NCBI RefSeq assembly: GCF_964194025.1
Contig: NC_134476.1
Location: 8,928,001 to 8,992,000 of the forward strand
Reading direction: 5' to 3'
Length of the DNA: 64,000 bases
Source of the DNA: Convolutriloba macropyga
Taxonomy: Eukaryota
Every line of letters starts with the position of its first letter. Position 1 is the stretch's first letter. This document shows, in pieces, positions 24,801-36,580 of the stretch. The notes beneath the pieces were generated by a model. That model saw nothing but the letters and a program-made list of their open reading frames with translations, was not told the origin of the DNA and searched no databases. A program made the translations under genes and the position numbers.

Positions 24801-25431
24801 GTTCAGTAGTGGAAATTTATAGTTCAAAAAGTATTCGGATTGTAATGGGGCACTGGATATTTTTTTGAAATACTTTTGCCTTTTTTGTTTACGAACCGCC
24901 ATCACATCATACGTATAAGTCTCCAAAAAAGTTCCTGTGAATCTCATACATGGAGACTAGTGAGCTGAAAGGCTCTAAGAAAACTTATTGCCCGCGAATC
25001 ACTGCCTGTTTAATCCGTTTTTGAGAAAGAAAAGTCAAATGGGTCAGACGAAAAATCAGTCAAGCGGAAAAATCGCAATTAAAAAGGACCAACAGGAATA
25101 ATATAATTGCTACAAACTTCATTTGAGAGCAACAAAAAGGTTTAGCGGCTTTGCAGCTTTCTTTCTCAGAATTCAAAGTTTTGAGTTCAACTCCTAATTT
25201 TCGTCTTATTTGCATATTTGACACAAGTTAGTTATTTGAGTAGCTTTTTGAGCTTTGCGATATTTTATAATTTGCTGTTTTTAACAATTGGGAAAAGTAG
25301 TTGCTTCAATAAGTTGGTGACATCCAAATTCAGGAATCTAAAAACAATTGTTATACTGCCCTAATTCCATGTTCTGTCCCATTAGTCAATTTTCTCTACT
25401 TGTTTCAGAAGGAAGTATTTGAATTTAATAA

Positions 25432-25960
25432 CATAGCCGGCAGATTCCCGGAAAATAGCCGCGATAGACACTTGTGGCCTTCCATGAAACAAAACAACTA
25501 AAGAAATAAGATAGAGAGATCGGCTACCAGTCCTTTAATAGACCACTAGACTTCTTGGGTTAGATACGGACTGTCAATTTTATGACACTTAAGGTCTATA
25601 AGGAAAAAGCCCTAAAATAGGATTTTCAAAATTGATATTCGAAATAAAAACTAAAGACTAATACTCAAGAATTAGGGCATAAAAGTTTGGCACTACTTAG
25701 ACACACTATTGATTTGTAACTAGTAAATGTTCATAAAAATTAAAGTTCAGAAGTCACTTTTTTGAGTAGGTAAGTCACGCAATTAACCTAAAAGCAGAAA
25801 AGACGTCAAGTACACAAATTTTAACTGCAAAGCAGTAGACGTCACTGAAGTTATTGAAAAAGCCAATTCCAAGAAGTCAGGTCGTAAGAATCATCGATGG
25901 AGACGACGAATTAAAGAAAACCACGATGTTCCCAATAATACCCGCTATCGCTTCGTAGAC
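25432..25960 (-). mobile_element. HINE family B copy
   Basis: catagccggcagattcccggaaaatagccgc terminus; internal gaggtaagtcac and gacgtca modules shared with the other copies. Confidence 0.6.
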
Positions 25961-27194
25961 ACTTTTACGGCTCTCGTAGGAAGTTTCGTATCGGATGTTT
26001 GACGCTTTTATCTAATCTTTTGATTTTTTCATCATGTTTTCGAAAGACAGAAAACTCTTATTATGATCAAATCTGGCATGTGATTTAGTCAATTTTCCGA
26101 AGACTGATTGAGTTGTTACGCTGTTCCGTCGAAAATATGTTTTCCGTCTTTTTTGTTTAACCTAAATTTGCAAGAGTTTCAAAAGTAATGTGCGTAACAA
26201 TAATCTGAATTTTACCGGCTAGTTTCAATCAATCATTCTATTTGAAATGCAATTAAACATAAGCTGTTCAGCCAAAAAATGTAAAAAATTTGTCTGGTTG
26301 TAAATGCGAGCCTAAATGAAAACAATTATCACAATACGAACTCCGCTTTGCTAAAAAGTACAGCATTTGTGAAACAACATGCAATCACTAAAATTAAGCC
26401 ATCATGAGTGCCTTTCAGTGAAAAACAGGCAAAGTGCATAATTTAATTTTGTAGTTGTTTCATGATTTTTGAACTTTTCCGATTATGATGATTTTAAAAT
26501 TCTGTAAGATTTATGTAGCCAATTTTTGCTTGTGTTTTTGACCACAACAAGTTGTTGTGGAACGCAGACAATAACAAATGCATACAATAACAAATTGGCA
26601 TTCAATCACAACCACGTTGAAAGTGTTAAAGCTCTGAGGGACCGAAAGAAACAATAAAAGCAAAAACTGACACAGAAAAATGCAACTTAACTGGTTTGAC
26701 TTGGTATTGTAGACACAACTTTTTGATTCATTTTTGAGAAAATTAGGCTCAAATAGAGAAATCATTTACAACGGAATGCAAATTTTTTCCTCCTTTTTAT
26801 CAAACCTGAGTTTTAAAACGTGCAATTTCCACAGAAGCTTGCTAAAATAATATCAAAAATAGCAAAACAAACGCTTCTGCGATGCAAATTCAGGTATGGT
26901 GATAGGATGCATCGTATCCTAACGTGGGATAGTGCGAAAATGCGAAAGTGGAAACATTTTGCGCGACATACAGAACCATGCGAGTCGTGTTTTTTATTTT
27001 GTAACTGTACTCAATTGTTTTCCAATTGATTCTGAAAAATTTGCAGAAAGCTCACGGTAGTTGTGGACAATTTTAACCACAATTGTTGATGCGGGGTTAA
27101 AAAATAATTAGGACGGGAAATCTTCTTGATAACCACGCAGTAGATTGCAATATCTGCATTTCAAACTGTTGATCTCCTCACTCAGACTACCGAA

Positions 27195-27248
27195 TTATTG
27201 TACAGCCAAGTAGTCACAGAACATTCGCAGCTTAGCAAACTTATCGGC
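27195..27248 (-). CDS. Gene B terminal coding exon: ADKFAKLRMFCDYLAVQ*
   Basis: gtttttag| acceptor, phase 0, TAA stop. Confidence 0.55.
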   Translation of the reverse strand, partial: ADKFAKLRMFCDYLAVQ

Positions 27249-27495
27249 CTAAAAACTTTTAATCGAGATTTGAAAACTTCGAAAGATATCTTAACAGATA
27301 AAGAAAGAAACATGCTCATGTTATTCATCTATTGTAAATTCTAAAAACTGCCATGACCAGAACTAAGGTCAGAGGAAATCACAAGAAAAATGGGACTAGG
27401 GTACGGGATGAAGCATTTCTTCTACCGGCGTTCACGTATGTCGTTGTTTAGAATTCTATCAAACGTTGAAATGAAACAGAATTATTGACTTTTTC

Positions 27496-27505
27496 ACCCC
27501 CCCCC

Positions 27506-27555
<50 letters not shown>
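27496..27555. repeat. Poly-C run followed by a (CA)n microsatellite
   Basis: Seen directly. Confidence 0.95.
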
Positions 27556-27559
<4 letters not shown>

Positions 27560-27793
27560 AGAAATAATCCAATTAAATTATAGCCCCCCATTATGGTATA
27601 AATACCATGATTGGGGGGGGGGGGGGGGCTATAGGTTATCTGACCACTAAGCGGGGGGGGGGGGCTATAATGGGAAAGACCCGCAAAGGGGACCAATATT
27701 ATTAAACTCACGATTCTCGACATAGTATGATTGCAACCTCAATATCAATTATGGTCCAGGAATTACCACTAAATAGTATTGACTAAAACTTAC

Positions 27794-27847
27794 CTGTTTT
27801 GAAAACTCTGATGATAATTTGTAACCTTCTGCACTGTTGAACAAAAT
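27794..27847 (-). CDS. Gene B exon: ILFNSAEGYKLSSEFSKQ
   Basis: Strong donor cag|gtaagt; acceptor atatcag| (alternative AGs 14 and 19 nt inside); 54 nt, phase 0 to 0. Confidence 0.55.
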
Positions 27848-28198
27848 CTGATATATTGACCAAATTTATAGCAGAAAATATTCGATATTTAAAAGAACAC
27901 TTTTTCTTTACTCGCTCGGTTATATATTTTGATACACAAAGGCACTTATGTAAAGCAGAATAACATACAGCGTTTGAACGCTTAAAGCGTATCTATTTGT
28001 ACTACAATTTTGCACAAAAATGTGCACAGTCGGATTCTGTTGGATTTTTTTTAAAAAGCAGCACAATATTTTCAAATTAAGCAACACAAATATCTATGTT
28101 ACATTTCTGAGAAATGCTAGCTTTCAAATAATTCCAGCATGTGAATGCAAATTTATATGTGCAACATATACACGCACTTCAGCGAATATATGCTAATA

Positions 28199-28631
28199 GG
28201 TGTTCGGAATATTAGCCGACGTAAAAATTAGCCGAAAAAGTCAAAAGAAGGAAAATTAGAACTAACTGCATGAGATAATTGCGGTAAACAAACATAAGTG
28301 TGACGCGCAATTATCTAACTCGCTAACACATGAAATTAACGCATTTGGTCATGCTTCAGCGGCCTATGGGACTTGATAGTAATCTATCACAACCGAACAA
28401 AATATCACGGCCGTTCTGAAATCTTATTGGTTAAAATCTCCTTTTCGGCTAATATTCCATTCGGCTAATTTTCCTTTCGGCTAATATTCACGGCACCAAA
28501 CCAAATATCACGACAGAACTTTGAATTCTCACAATAACATCTGCGCGTTCTCATATCTGATTGGTTAATATCTCCTTTTCGGCTAATATTGCATTCGGCT
28601 ATTTTTTGTTTCGGCTAATATTCACGGCACC
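28199..28631. mobile_element. MITE with ggtg...gaatattagccga TIRs and a duplicated right end
   Basis: Left ggtgttcggaatattagccga; right ttcggctaatattcacggcacc present twice (ending ~28497 and ~28631); reiterated ttcggcta motifs. Confidence 0.75.
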
Positions 28632-30853
28632 GCTAGTAGTGTGCAGTTACATGCATAGACAATACATTCGATTTATATATCAGTATAGAGACTTATTACT
28701 TTGCCGTCGTTACTGTGAATACAATTTGGACTTTCGCTTATCCGAGTTTAAATTTATAACTCATAACTATCAAACAATGCCTCTGAAGTCAGTTATTTAC
28801 TTCATGTTGGCGATAAAGACTTGTCATAAAAATCCGCAAAATGCTCAGAAACGAGAATTGAATTTTGATCAAGACCTCGAAATTACCAATGTTAATATTA
28901 TTGCCAATTAAAACTGAATTTCAAAAGATGGAATATGGATCGTTTCTGTTGTTTTCCGCAACCCTAGCTATCCAGCCTGTTTGCGCTCTCCGGTGAACAG
29001 AAAAATTCAATTTCTGGTTCTTAGAGATACATTATTTTAATGATGGTGATCTACCGGCATTAGTGGAATTTTATTGGGATTTTGCTCGATTGTACCGAAA
29101 AAAAGGTTTCATAAAGTTAATCGTATGAAGAAAATATAGTAAACAAAGCTGGTAGAGTGCCAGAAAACAGCCACAATAGCTTCGTAGATCTGCAGTTTCA
29201 AAAAGATAAAAGAATCAGGCCAAAAAAGAAACTTCTTTTTATTAAGTGCTAGAGGTGTCAGATTTTGATTAAAAATCTGTTTAATTTATTGCTGCTTCTA
29301 TTAGCCGCCCTCAAATACATTTCAATTAGATTTATACTTGAAACACGAACATACCCTAATTCTCTAATACTTCACGCCGAGAACAACACCGCGTTCTTAG
29401 AATCGTTTGTCATTTTCCTTCGGTCTCAAGTTGAAAGAACTCACACTGACTGACACAACTTTCTTATTATTTGGGTGTAAAACAAGTTCAGTTCTGTGCA
29501 CATAAAATTAACACAGACACATATTTAAAAGGTTTAAAAACTAAAACGCTTAGTGATAAATTTTCAAATCGGCATAGCTTTTTACCAGAACTTTAAACAA
29601 TTAAAGTTGAGATGAAATTCACACCATATTCTCCAGCAAAATTATAAAGATCGAAAAATTCGATCTTTATAATTTCCCATGATCGAAAAATTCGACGCCC
29701 ATCATAAAAAATTATCCAATCCTTGAAAAAGTGGTTTTTTCAAAAAAAATAATGAAGACTAGTCATTATCCAAACCTCTGTGGTTAAACGTTGTTGAGGT
29801 AAAGAATTATTTTAATTCATGTCAAAAAAGATCGGACCTGGAATACATCACATACAAGCAAAATTATCACGAAAAATGTGTTTAGCCACAACCATATCAA
29901 TTGAAGACCTGAATATTGTACATTGCCGATTCAGGAAAAATTCGTAAATTACTGAGCAAAGAAGAAAATTTAATTCCGATTAAATTTTGTAAAGTTTTCG
30001 TGCTTAATGTTTAGAAATTGAGGCCATGAGGGAAACGGGGGACCCAAATAATAAAGTCTGTGGAATAGGGTTCTGAAAGTATAGATACTGTCCGAGGGCG
30101 ATATATAAAGTCTGACGAAATCTAAAAAGATAATCTAATTTAAGACATACCCGTTCAAAGCCAAAAACCTGACATGAAGCAAACCAAAAACAATAAAGCA
30201 AACTCGAGGAAACAGCCCAATCATTATGGAAAGCAAAAAAATCAAGGATTCTTTTTTAACAAGAGCAGTTTTTTGGAGAAAAAATAAGGTTTTGTTCACA
30301 TATAACCTTTAATTAGGTTGAGATATCCTGAAATGATATTAACAGCTCAAGCAAAATCAATTTTAGAGAGAGGAGACGTCATTATGCGTTTTGAGGTAAT
30401 TATCGTGTGACCAAATAAAGTATTCACAAAAAAAACATAAACCCGGCCCCGATAAGTGAATGACATCATGCATGAAAATCAACCCAAATGAGTGTTAAAG
30501 TTTAAAAAAATTTGAGCGCCAAAGCGCGCTGAGAAAATAACTAAGTGCTGTGTAAATATATTTTTTTTCTAATCCTTGACTGAAAGCTTGAAAAACAGCT
30601 AGACGTTCCGTAAAGCAATCATGAGAGAGCAATTAACATTTCAAATTTTCATCATTAAAAAGCAAAGCAGCCATTTAAAACAAAGAAAAATTGTGACCAA
30701 AACAATTATATTTCGCAAATGGGAACATGAGGGAACTAAATAAAACAAAGTCAGAACATATCAGAAAAAAATTGAGAAACAAATTGACATAATTCTCTAA
30801 AACTGTTAACGATATAATATCAAAACTTCTTTCACAATTATAATTGCCAAAAA

Positions 30854-30908
30854 CGATAATCGCCACAAATGATAATCGCCACAATGATAATCGCCAAAAA
30901 CGCCAAAA
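30854..30908. repeat. Short tandem repeat (gataatcgcca)x3
   Basis: Seen directly. Confidence 0.8.
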
Positions 30909-31205
30909 TTTGAAAATAAAATGAAACAATTCGCTTGAAATTGCAATTAGGAATCAACTTCCGCTGAATTGAAATGACCTCAAAATTTTCTTCAAATTAT
31001 GTGTTAAGCATTATGAGATTATTACCTAGAAGCGTTTCCAAAATCCTCACTTAAAAAATCCATCAAATGAAAAAAGGCAGATGCAGATTTTGTCAAAAAG
31101 CGCCAAATTGAATTTAGGCACATACTATTCAACGAAACAACTATCGGGGTCGTAAACTCAGCAACTCGATAAAAAATTACTTAAAAACCTCCCTTACAAA
31201 TAAAA

Positions 31206-31885
31206 CATGCCCAGCAAATTGCCGGAATATCGCCACCACTGATTCCCAAAACCCAGATTGAGGTTGAAAGGACAGAAAAAAACTGTTTAACTCTTGTTAC
31301 TTAACGATAAGATATAGGGGCTAGTATCAATACCAACAAGCACTAGAGATGGCGAATAAAACTGAAGAGAACAAATCTCAACAAGCAGGAATCTAAAATT
31401 GAGCTTTATGGATTTACCCAGTTTCTATTTTTGATTTCGGTTTTCGATACTGACTTTGTTGACTCAAGATTGTTTTGCTGATCAATTGCTGTTTAAAAGC
31501 ACTTGATCAGCAGTCTCGAGAAGTCAAAAGATTAAAAGTTTAGATTTAAATGTTGAACAAGCCGCGAACTAAGGTAACGCAAAAAAACTTCTGTTCCACA
31601 GTTGAAAAAAAAATTTATCGAGAAAACAAAAACTTAGAATTCACGAAGATGCAATTGGATAAACCATTTACTTCCTAGAAAAAAATTATGGCAAAAACAG
31701 TTAAAGCACAAGTTAAGTTACCGCACGTGAAGAAAAAGCCAATACTGAGAAACATTTGTGAACAGAAATCGGACAACAGATCATACAACAGATCAGACAA
31801 AAAGCATCCCAATACAATTCAAATCTTTGAATTGTAAGAAATTGGCCCACTATAATAGCCAGCAGAGATGACGAAGGCGGCCATT
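31206..31885 (-). mobile_element. HINE family B copy; a further terminus follows at ~31899
   Basis: Stem-loop end catgcccagcaaattgccgg; other end tataatagcc...ggcggccatt; body matches 33028-33563. Confidence 0.7.
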
Positions 31886-32619
31886 ACTCACGAAACAAAA
31901 TAGCCGGCAAATTGCCTCAAAAGAGCCACCGTTGGGTATTGAAGCCGAAAAAGAAAAAATTAAGAGAGAAATCGACCGAATTTTTCTAAGCGTCAAGCTT
32001 CTGATTTGGGGTGCAAATTCGGCTAGATTCTAAAATATTCTAAAATAAAAATTCTACAGTTATTTCAGCTTCTAAAATGAAAGCTATTAGGCTTAATGTC
32101 AGCTAGAAATCGCTCTAATGAACTTTGATAACCTAATGCACTATGACTTAATGAACAGGCTTTATAAGTTTATACCGTTTCTTTTGATTTTAATCTTTTG
32201 ACTTTGACTGTATTCACTGCATTACGTAACTCAATGAGTAAATAAATTTAAAATCTATTCGGTAGAATCAGTGAGTGAGGAAAGTAAGAAGTCAAACGTG
32301 GAAATCGTGACTTGAAAAGGTAAAGCGAATTAAAACATGGCAGGACAAGTCCTGAAACACAATCCAAAGAATAACATAAATAACTTAGAACTAATGTATC
32401 TAACCCGCAGATCAATTGAACAACGAAAGCCGAAAAGACAAACAGTCTCAACAGTTGAGAAACTAAAATAAACAAACTAAACAAAAATGGAAACATTGCT
32501 AAAACTCTTTTACCCTGAAGGCCAAATTTAATAAAGGCTTTCGAATAGCGCACTTTTAATATGCAAAAAACCATGTTTGTCTCTCGAATGTGTCCAAATA
32601 CTCACTCGAAAATCCTAAG

Positions 32620-33027
32620 AAAAATTCATTGGCCCTTAAGGAGCGATAAACTCAGAAAAAGACATATGAAAACAATTAAAAATTATAACATATGAAAACA
32701 ATTAGAAATATTACTAAAATTACCGATATTAACATATTTAGAATCATTCTTTTATCTCTAGAAACTCTCCAGTAACCCAATTTCAATCCTTAAAGGAGTT
32801 TCGCTGGCCCATAAAGATCGATAAACACGAAACATGTTGCAAATGAAACGGAACAATTGCAAAAAGTAGTGATTTTAAAAAGTTGTAAACAATTCCTTTG
32901 TCCCTAGAGACAATGCAGTAACCTATTATCACAGCCCAGAGGAGTTATCTGGCACTCACACATAAAAAAAAACCGAGAAAAAATTTCAAAAAAAGTTAAG
33001 AAAAGCAAAAGTTAGTGATATTGAAAA
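32620..33027. repeat. Degenerate tandem repeat, ~150-175-bp unit, ~2.5 copies
   Basis: Recurring tggccc...cgataaac, gtgatatt, ctaga..c.....cagtaacc and ggagtt..ctggc. Confidence 0.55.
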
Positions 33028-33563
33028 CATACCCGGCAGATTGCCGGAAAATAGCCGCCGTTGATTCCAATAAGCATGATTGGGATTGAAATAACAGAAG
33101 ATATTGAAAAAGAAAGATTTTTGTACAAAAACATTTTTTTAAGTCCGATTTATTTTGAAGGCATTTCGTAGTTGAACATACTTCTGTTTCTTAGAGAGAG
33201 GCTACAGGGGCTCCTATCAATAACAATAAGCATTAGAGATGGTAAATAAGACTTATAGGAACGACGTTCAAATAGCGGGCATCTAAAATTGGGCTTTATG
33301 GGTTTATCCCGTTTCTACTTCTGACTTCAATTTTTTATACTGACTCTGTTCATTTTGAATTCCTTTGCTGCGCAACTGATGTTCAAAATCACTTTTAGCA
33401 GAATGAGAGAAGAGAGAAACTAGCCTAGAGAAGTCAAAAAGATTTCACGCAAAATGTTGAAAAGGCGGCAAAATGAGGTAAAGCGAAACATTTTTTTATT
33501 CGACGAAGTAAAAAAAAAATAGGAGCGCTATAATAGCCGGCTGAATAGATGAGGGCGGCTATT
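33028..33563 (-). mobile_element. HINE family B complete short copy
   Basis: catacccggcagattgccggaaaatagccgcc ... aatagccggctgaatagatgagggcggctatt: subTIRs aatagccgcc/ggcggctatt, 3' stem-loop and 5' IR. Confidence 0.8.
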
Positions 33564-34571
33564 AATAATGAAACCAATTCCATTGCCACTTAGAACTAAG
33601 CAGTAACCTACCATCAGACCCTAGTAGAGGAGGCTTCCTGGCCACTGAAACCATTCCATTGCCACTTGAAAATATGCAGTTTCCTATTATCAAACCCCAG
33701 AGGTGATCCCTGGTACCTAGGGGTAGAAACTCACAAAATGACAAAATTTTCCAAAAAACTTGAAAATTGAAAAAATTCTCATCGTTTTGAGTTATTATAT
33801 TTGGAGTACCAAATTATACAACTCACAAAACGGTCAAAAAACTAATTATAACTTACAAAAGACCTTTCAACTTTTAAACAACCGTCAATTCAAAATTAAT
33901 CAAACAAAAACGCAAAAAATGACACAAAAAAAAAACGTTAAAATGCACCATATTTTAGGCTCACCATTTTAGACTCCTAAAAGACCTCTTAACCTTCAAT
34001 TAAGGCCTTCCAGCAACTGCACCACTCAAAGCACTTGAAGGACTACTAAAACCTGCAAAGGACCTCTAATGGAACTTAATGCCAACTGGGCCTTGCCTGT
34101 TTATCCATCCTGTTTTGGAAGATCAAAGTCATTGAAAAATGTTTGAAATCTTGTGTGAAACAAAAAGAGACAGCACCAATACAATCCAATTCTTGTATTT
34201 TAAAGAAGAAGAGAGCCCAAATAATATCCGTAGAGAGGCTGACGGCGGCTATTAATAATATCTTCAAACATTAAAAATACGCAGTTCATACAAAAATGAT
34301 AAACAGAAATTAAGACAATTGTAGCTACTTTTACTCGTAAAGCACATTTGATAATTATCTATTACCTATGAGCCAAAATAACCGCAAACCGACGAACGAA
34401 CTTTCCAATGATACCACTCACATCTTTACTCGTTAAGTATATCGGTCGACCAAAATTGACAGTAATAACAAAAACCAGGTACGCACAGTTAATAGATGAA
34501 AGTTGATAGAACCAAATACAATAGGCGGTTAATATTGACGTGTCAGAACTGAAAGTTAATATTGGACTTAC

Positions 34572-34613
34572 CTTAAACCAATTAGCTGCTTCGCTTTCAA
34601 TTGAAAAAATCAA
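34572..34613 (-). CDS. Gene B exon: LIFSIESEAANWFK (PH-like terminal strand and helix)
   Basis: ttctgtttaag| acceptor and aag|gtaagt donor; 42 nt, phase 0 to 0. Confidence 0.6.
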
Positions 34614-34653
34614 CTTAAACAGAAAACAAGGAAGAATTCAAAATGTTTCTTAC

Positions 34654-34697
34654 TTTTCTATACCTCTGTTGAGAACTATAACTATCGCAAACTACAT
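34654..34697 (-). CDS. Gene B exon: (N)VVCDSYSSQQRYRK
   Basis: gtattttag| acceptor and |gtaaga donor; 44 nt, phase 1 to 0. Confidence 0.55.
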
Positions 34698-34869
34698 CTA
34701 AAATACACAAAGTTCACAGCACATACCACAGAACAAGCAATATACCGCCAATGAAGTTACAAACATGTTACCGGTCCGACATAATTATCGGTCTGAAAAT
34801 CGTGCCTTTCTGGCTATTTTTTATTTACTATTCAGAACAATTTCGTGAAAAAGACAATAAATAACTTAC

Positions 34870-34908
34870 TTATTTCGGCGTTTTCCACTCGCACTCCTGT
34901 ATTATTAC
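34870..34908 (-). CDS. Gene B exon: xNNTGVRVENAEI(N)
   Basis: aattttag| acceptor and |gtaagt donor; 39 nt, phase 1 to 1. Confidence 0.5.
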   Translation of the reverse strand, partial: VIIQECEWKTPK

Positions 34909-36580
34909 CTAAAATTTCAGAGTTAGTGGGCTTTTCACACCCCCCCCCCCCCCCCAGCGCACTTGTTGCTATTTTATGCGTAGTAACGTACTTGGCATAA
35001 AACATTGAGGTGCCGAAACAAAAGATACGTCAACTCAATAAACCTAACTTTGCCCCCATTCAAGGCAACAACAACGTCACTACTGAAAAATACTGAACTG
35101 CCACGTGATCTTAACAGTGTTTCGTAACAACGATTGCTGACTTAATGCTTTGATGCAAATGTAGCTAGCTAAGGATAATTCATTTTTCGGACTGACAACT
35201 GAGCTTTGACACGATGTTTCAAACGCGAGTGAGTTGATGTCTGGTCTCGCCATCTCGTAAACAACAAATAAGCCCATCTATCGCGGATTTTGTTTCAAAA
35301 ATATGTTCATTAATGCCGGGAGCTGTCGGGAGTCCCTTCTATAGCCAAAATTTTGAAAATTTGTACGAAAATGATCTTGCGAGACAAAGGTAACTTTGCA
35401 AGATTAACTTTGGATGAAAGTCAGATTCACTAATCAGTAAATTGGGTAGATAAAAGAGTTAACCATGCGCGGTTAACTTTTTTCGAGAAGGAAATTCTAG
35501 TTTATTTTAGTACAAATAGTTAGATGGCCTAGGAGACAGGCAGGTTACACGTCAAGCAATCACCTTGACAACAAACTAAGGGTTCAAATAATGAATTAAC
35601 TATTCAAAATTATAATCCATTTTCTGTATCAAAATACAATTATTCGATAAGTGACGAAGAACTTATTAATGTTATGAATCAAAATCAAATATTTCAGATC
35701 CAAGTGCCTGATAATGTTGTCTAATCGCTCATTAGAAGTGTCTAATGCTATGGATGCAAGTCTAAATAGATGTTATTCTCCCGCTGCATCAATTAAAAAT
35801 TAAGGCAAAATACAAAAACTATTTTTTATTTCCTACTTTGCTCGTAAATAAGCCAACTCAATTTATGAGCACAAAGTTGCCATTGTTTATTCTCCTTACA
35901 TTTCTTTAGCTAAAAATTTCGATCTTTGTTCAATTTTCATGCAATTGTTTTTAGCGTTCTATTAGATTGTTGTAGCATTTAAAATTCAGCTAAGGTGGTT
36001 CGGGGCCGTACCCTCTAAACTCGAACAAGCTTCAAAAAATAACTCCCAACCAAAGTTTTTGTCTAAGTTATCCCTCTAGGCGACATTCTTTCAACTCCAA
36101 AAAGAAAACTGTCGTAAACCTATCTTGCAAAAGTTATCCCACACCTATGCCTACCAAGAAAATTACATCAAAACACGCGGAAATCTAGCTAGGCAATCAC
36201 TGTCTCCTCAACAGAAAGGAGATACTTCACTTACAAAATTGAAAGAAGTTCTGAAAATCAAGCGGCATATATACTCAAAAATATCTATCGCCTATACACA
36301 ATATATACGCAAAAATAAATAATACAGACATAATCAAGTCCAACTTTTACAAATTTCTCTTATGAAAAAAGTCCAAGGTTAAAACAATTATATCACCAAT
36401 TTTGTTTTTAACCTTCTAATTTGAGCTGAGAAATCTAAGTTTTATCAAAGTTTCCGAATCCGTTCAGTTGAGACAAAGTCAGACCTGCCATTACTTATCA
36501 AGATCTATATTTGCAGAAAAGACCACCTATAAAGACCCAAATTACTTAGCCAACCTTCCTTCATTTTAATTTAAATCGAA

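Noticed and set aside
34549-34571. 23-nt GT-AG mini-intron
   Set aside because: Implausibly short, and it shifts into a frame without convincing coding sequence; the same donor splices well to 27847.
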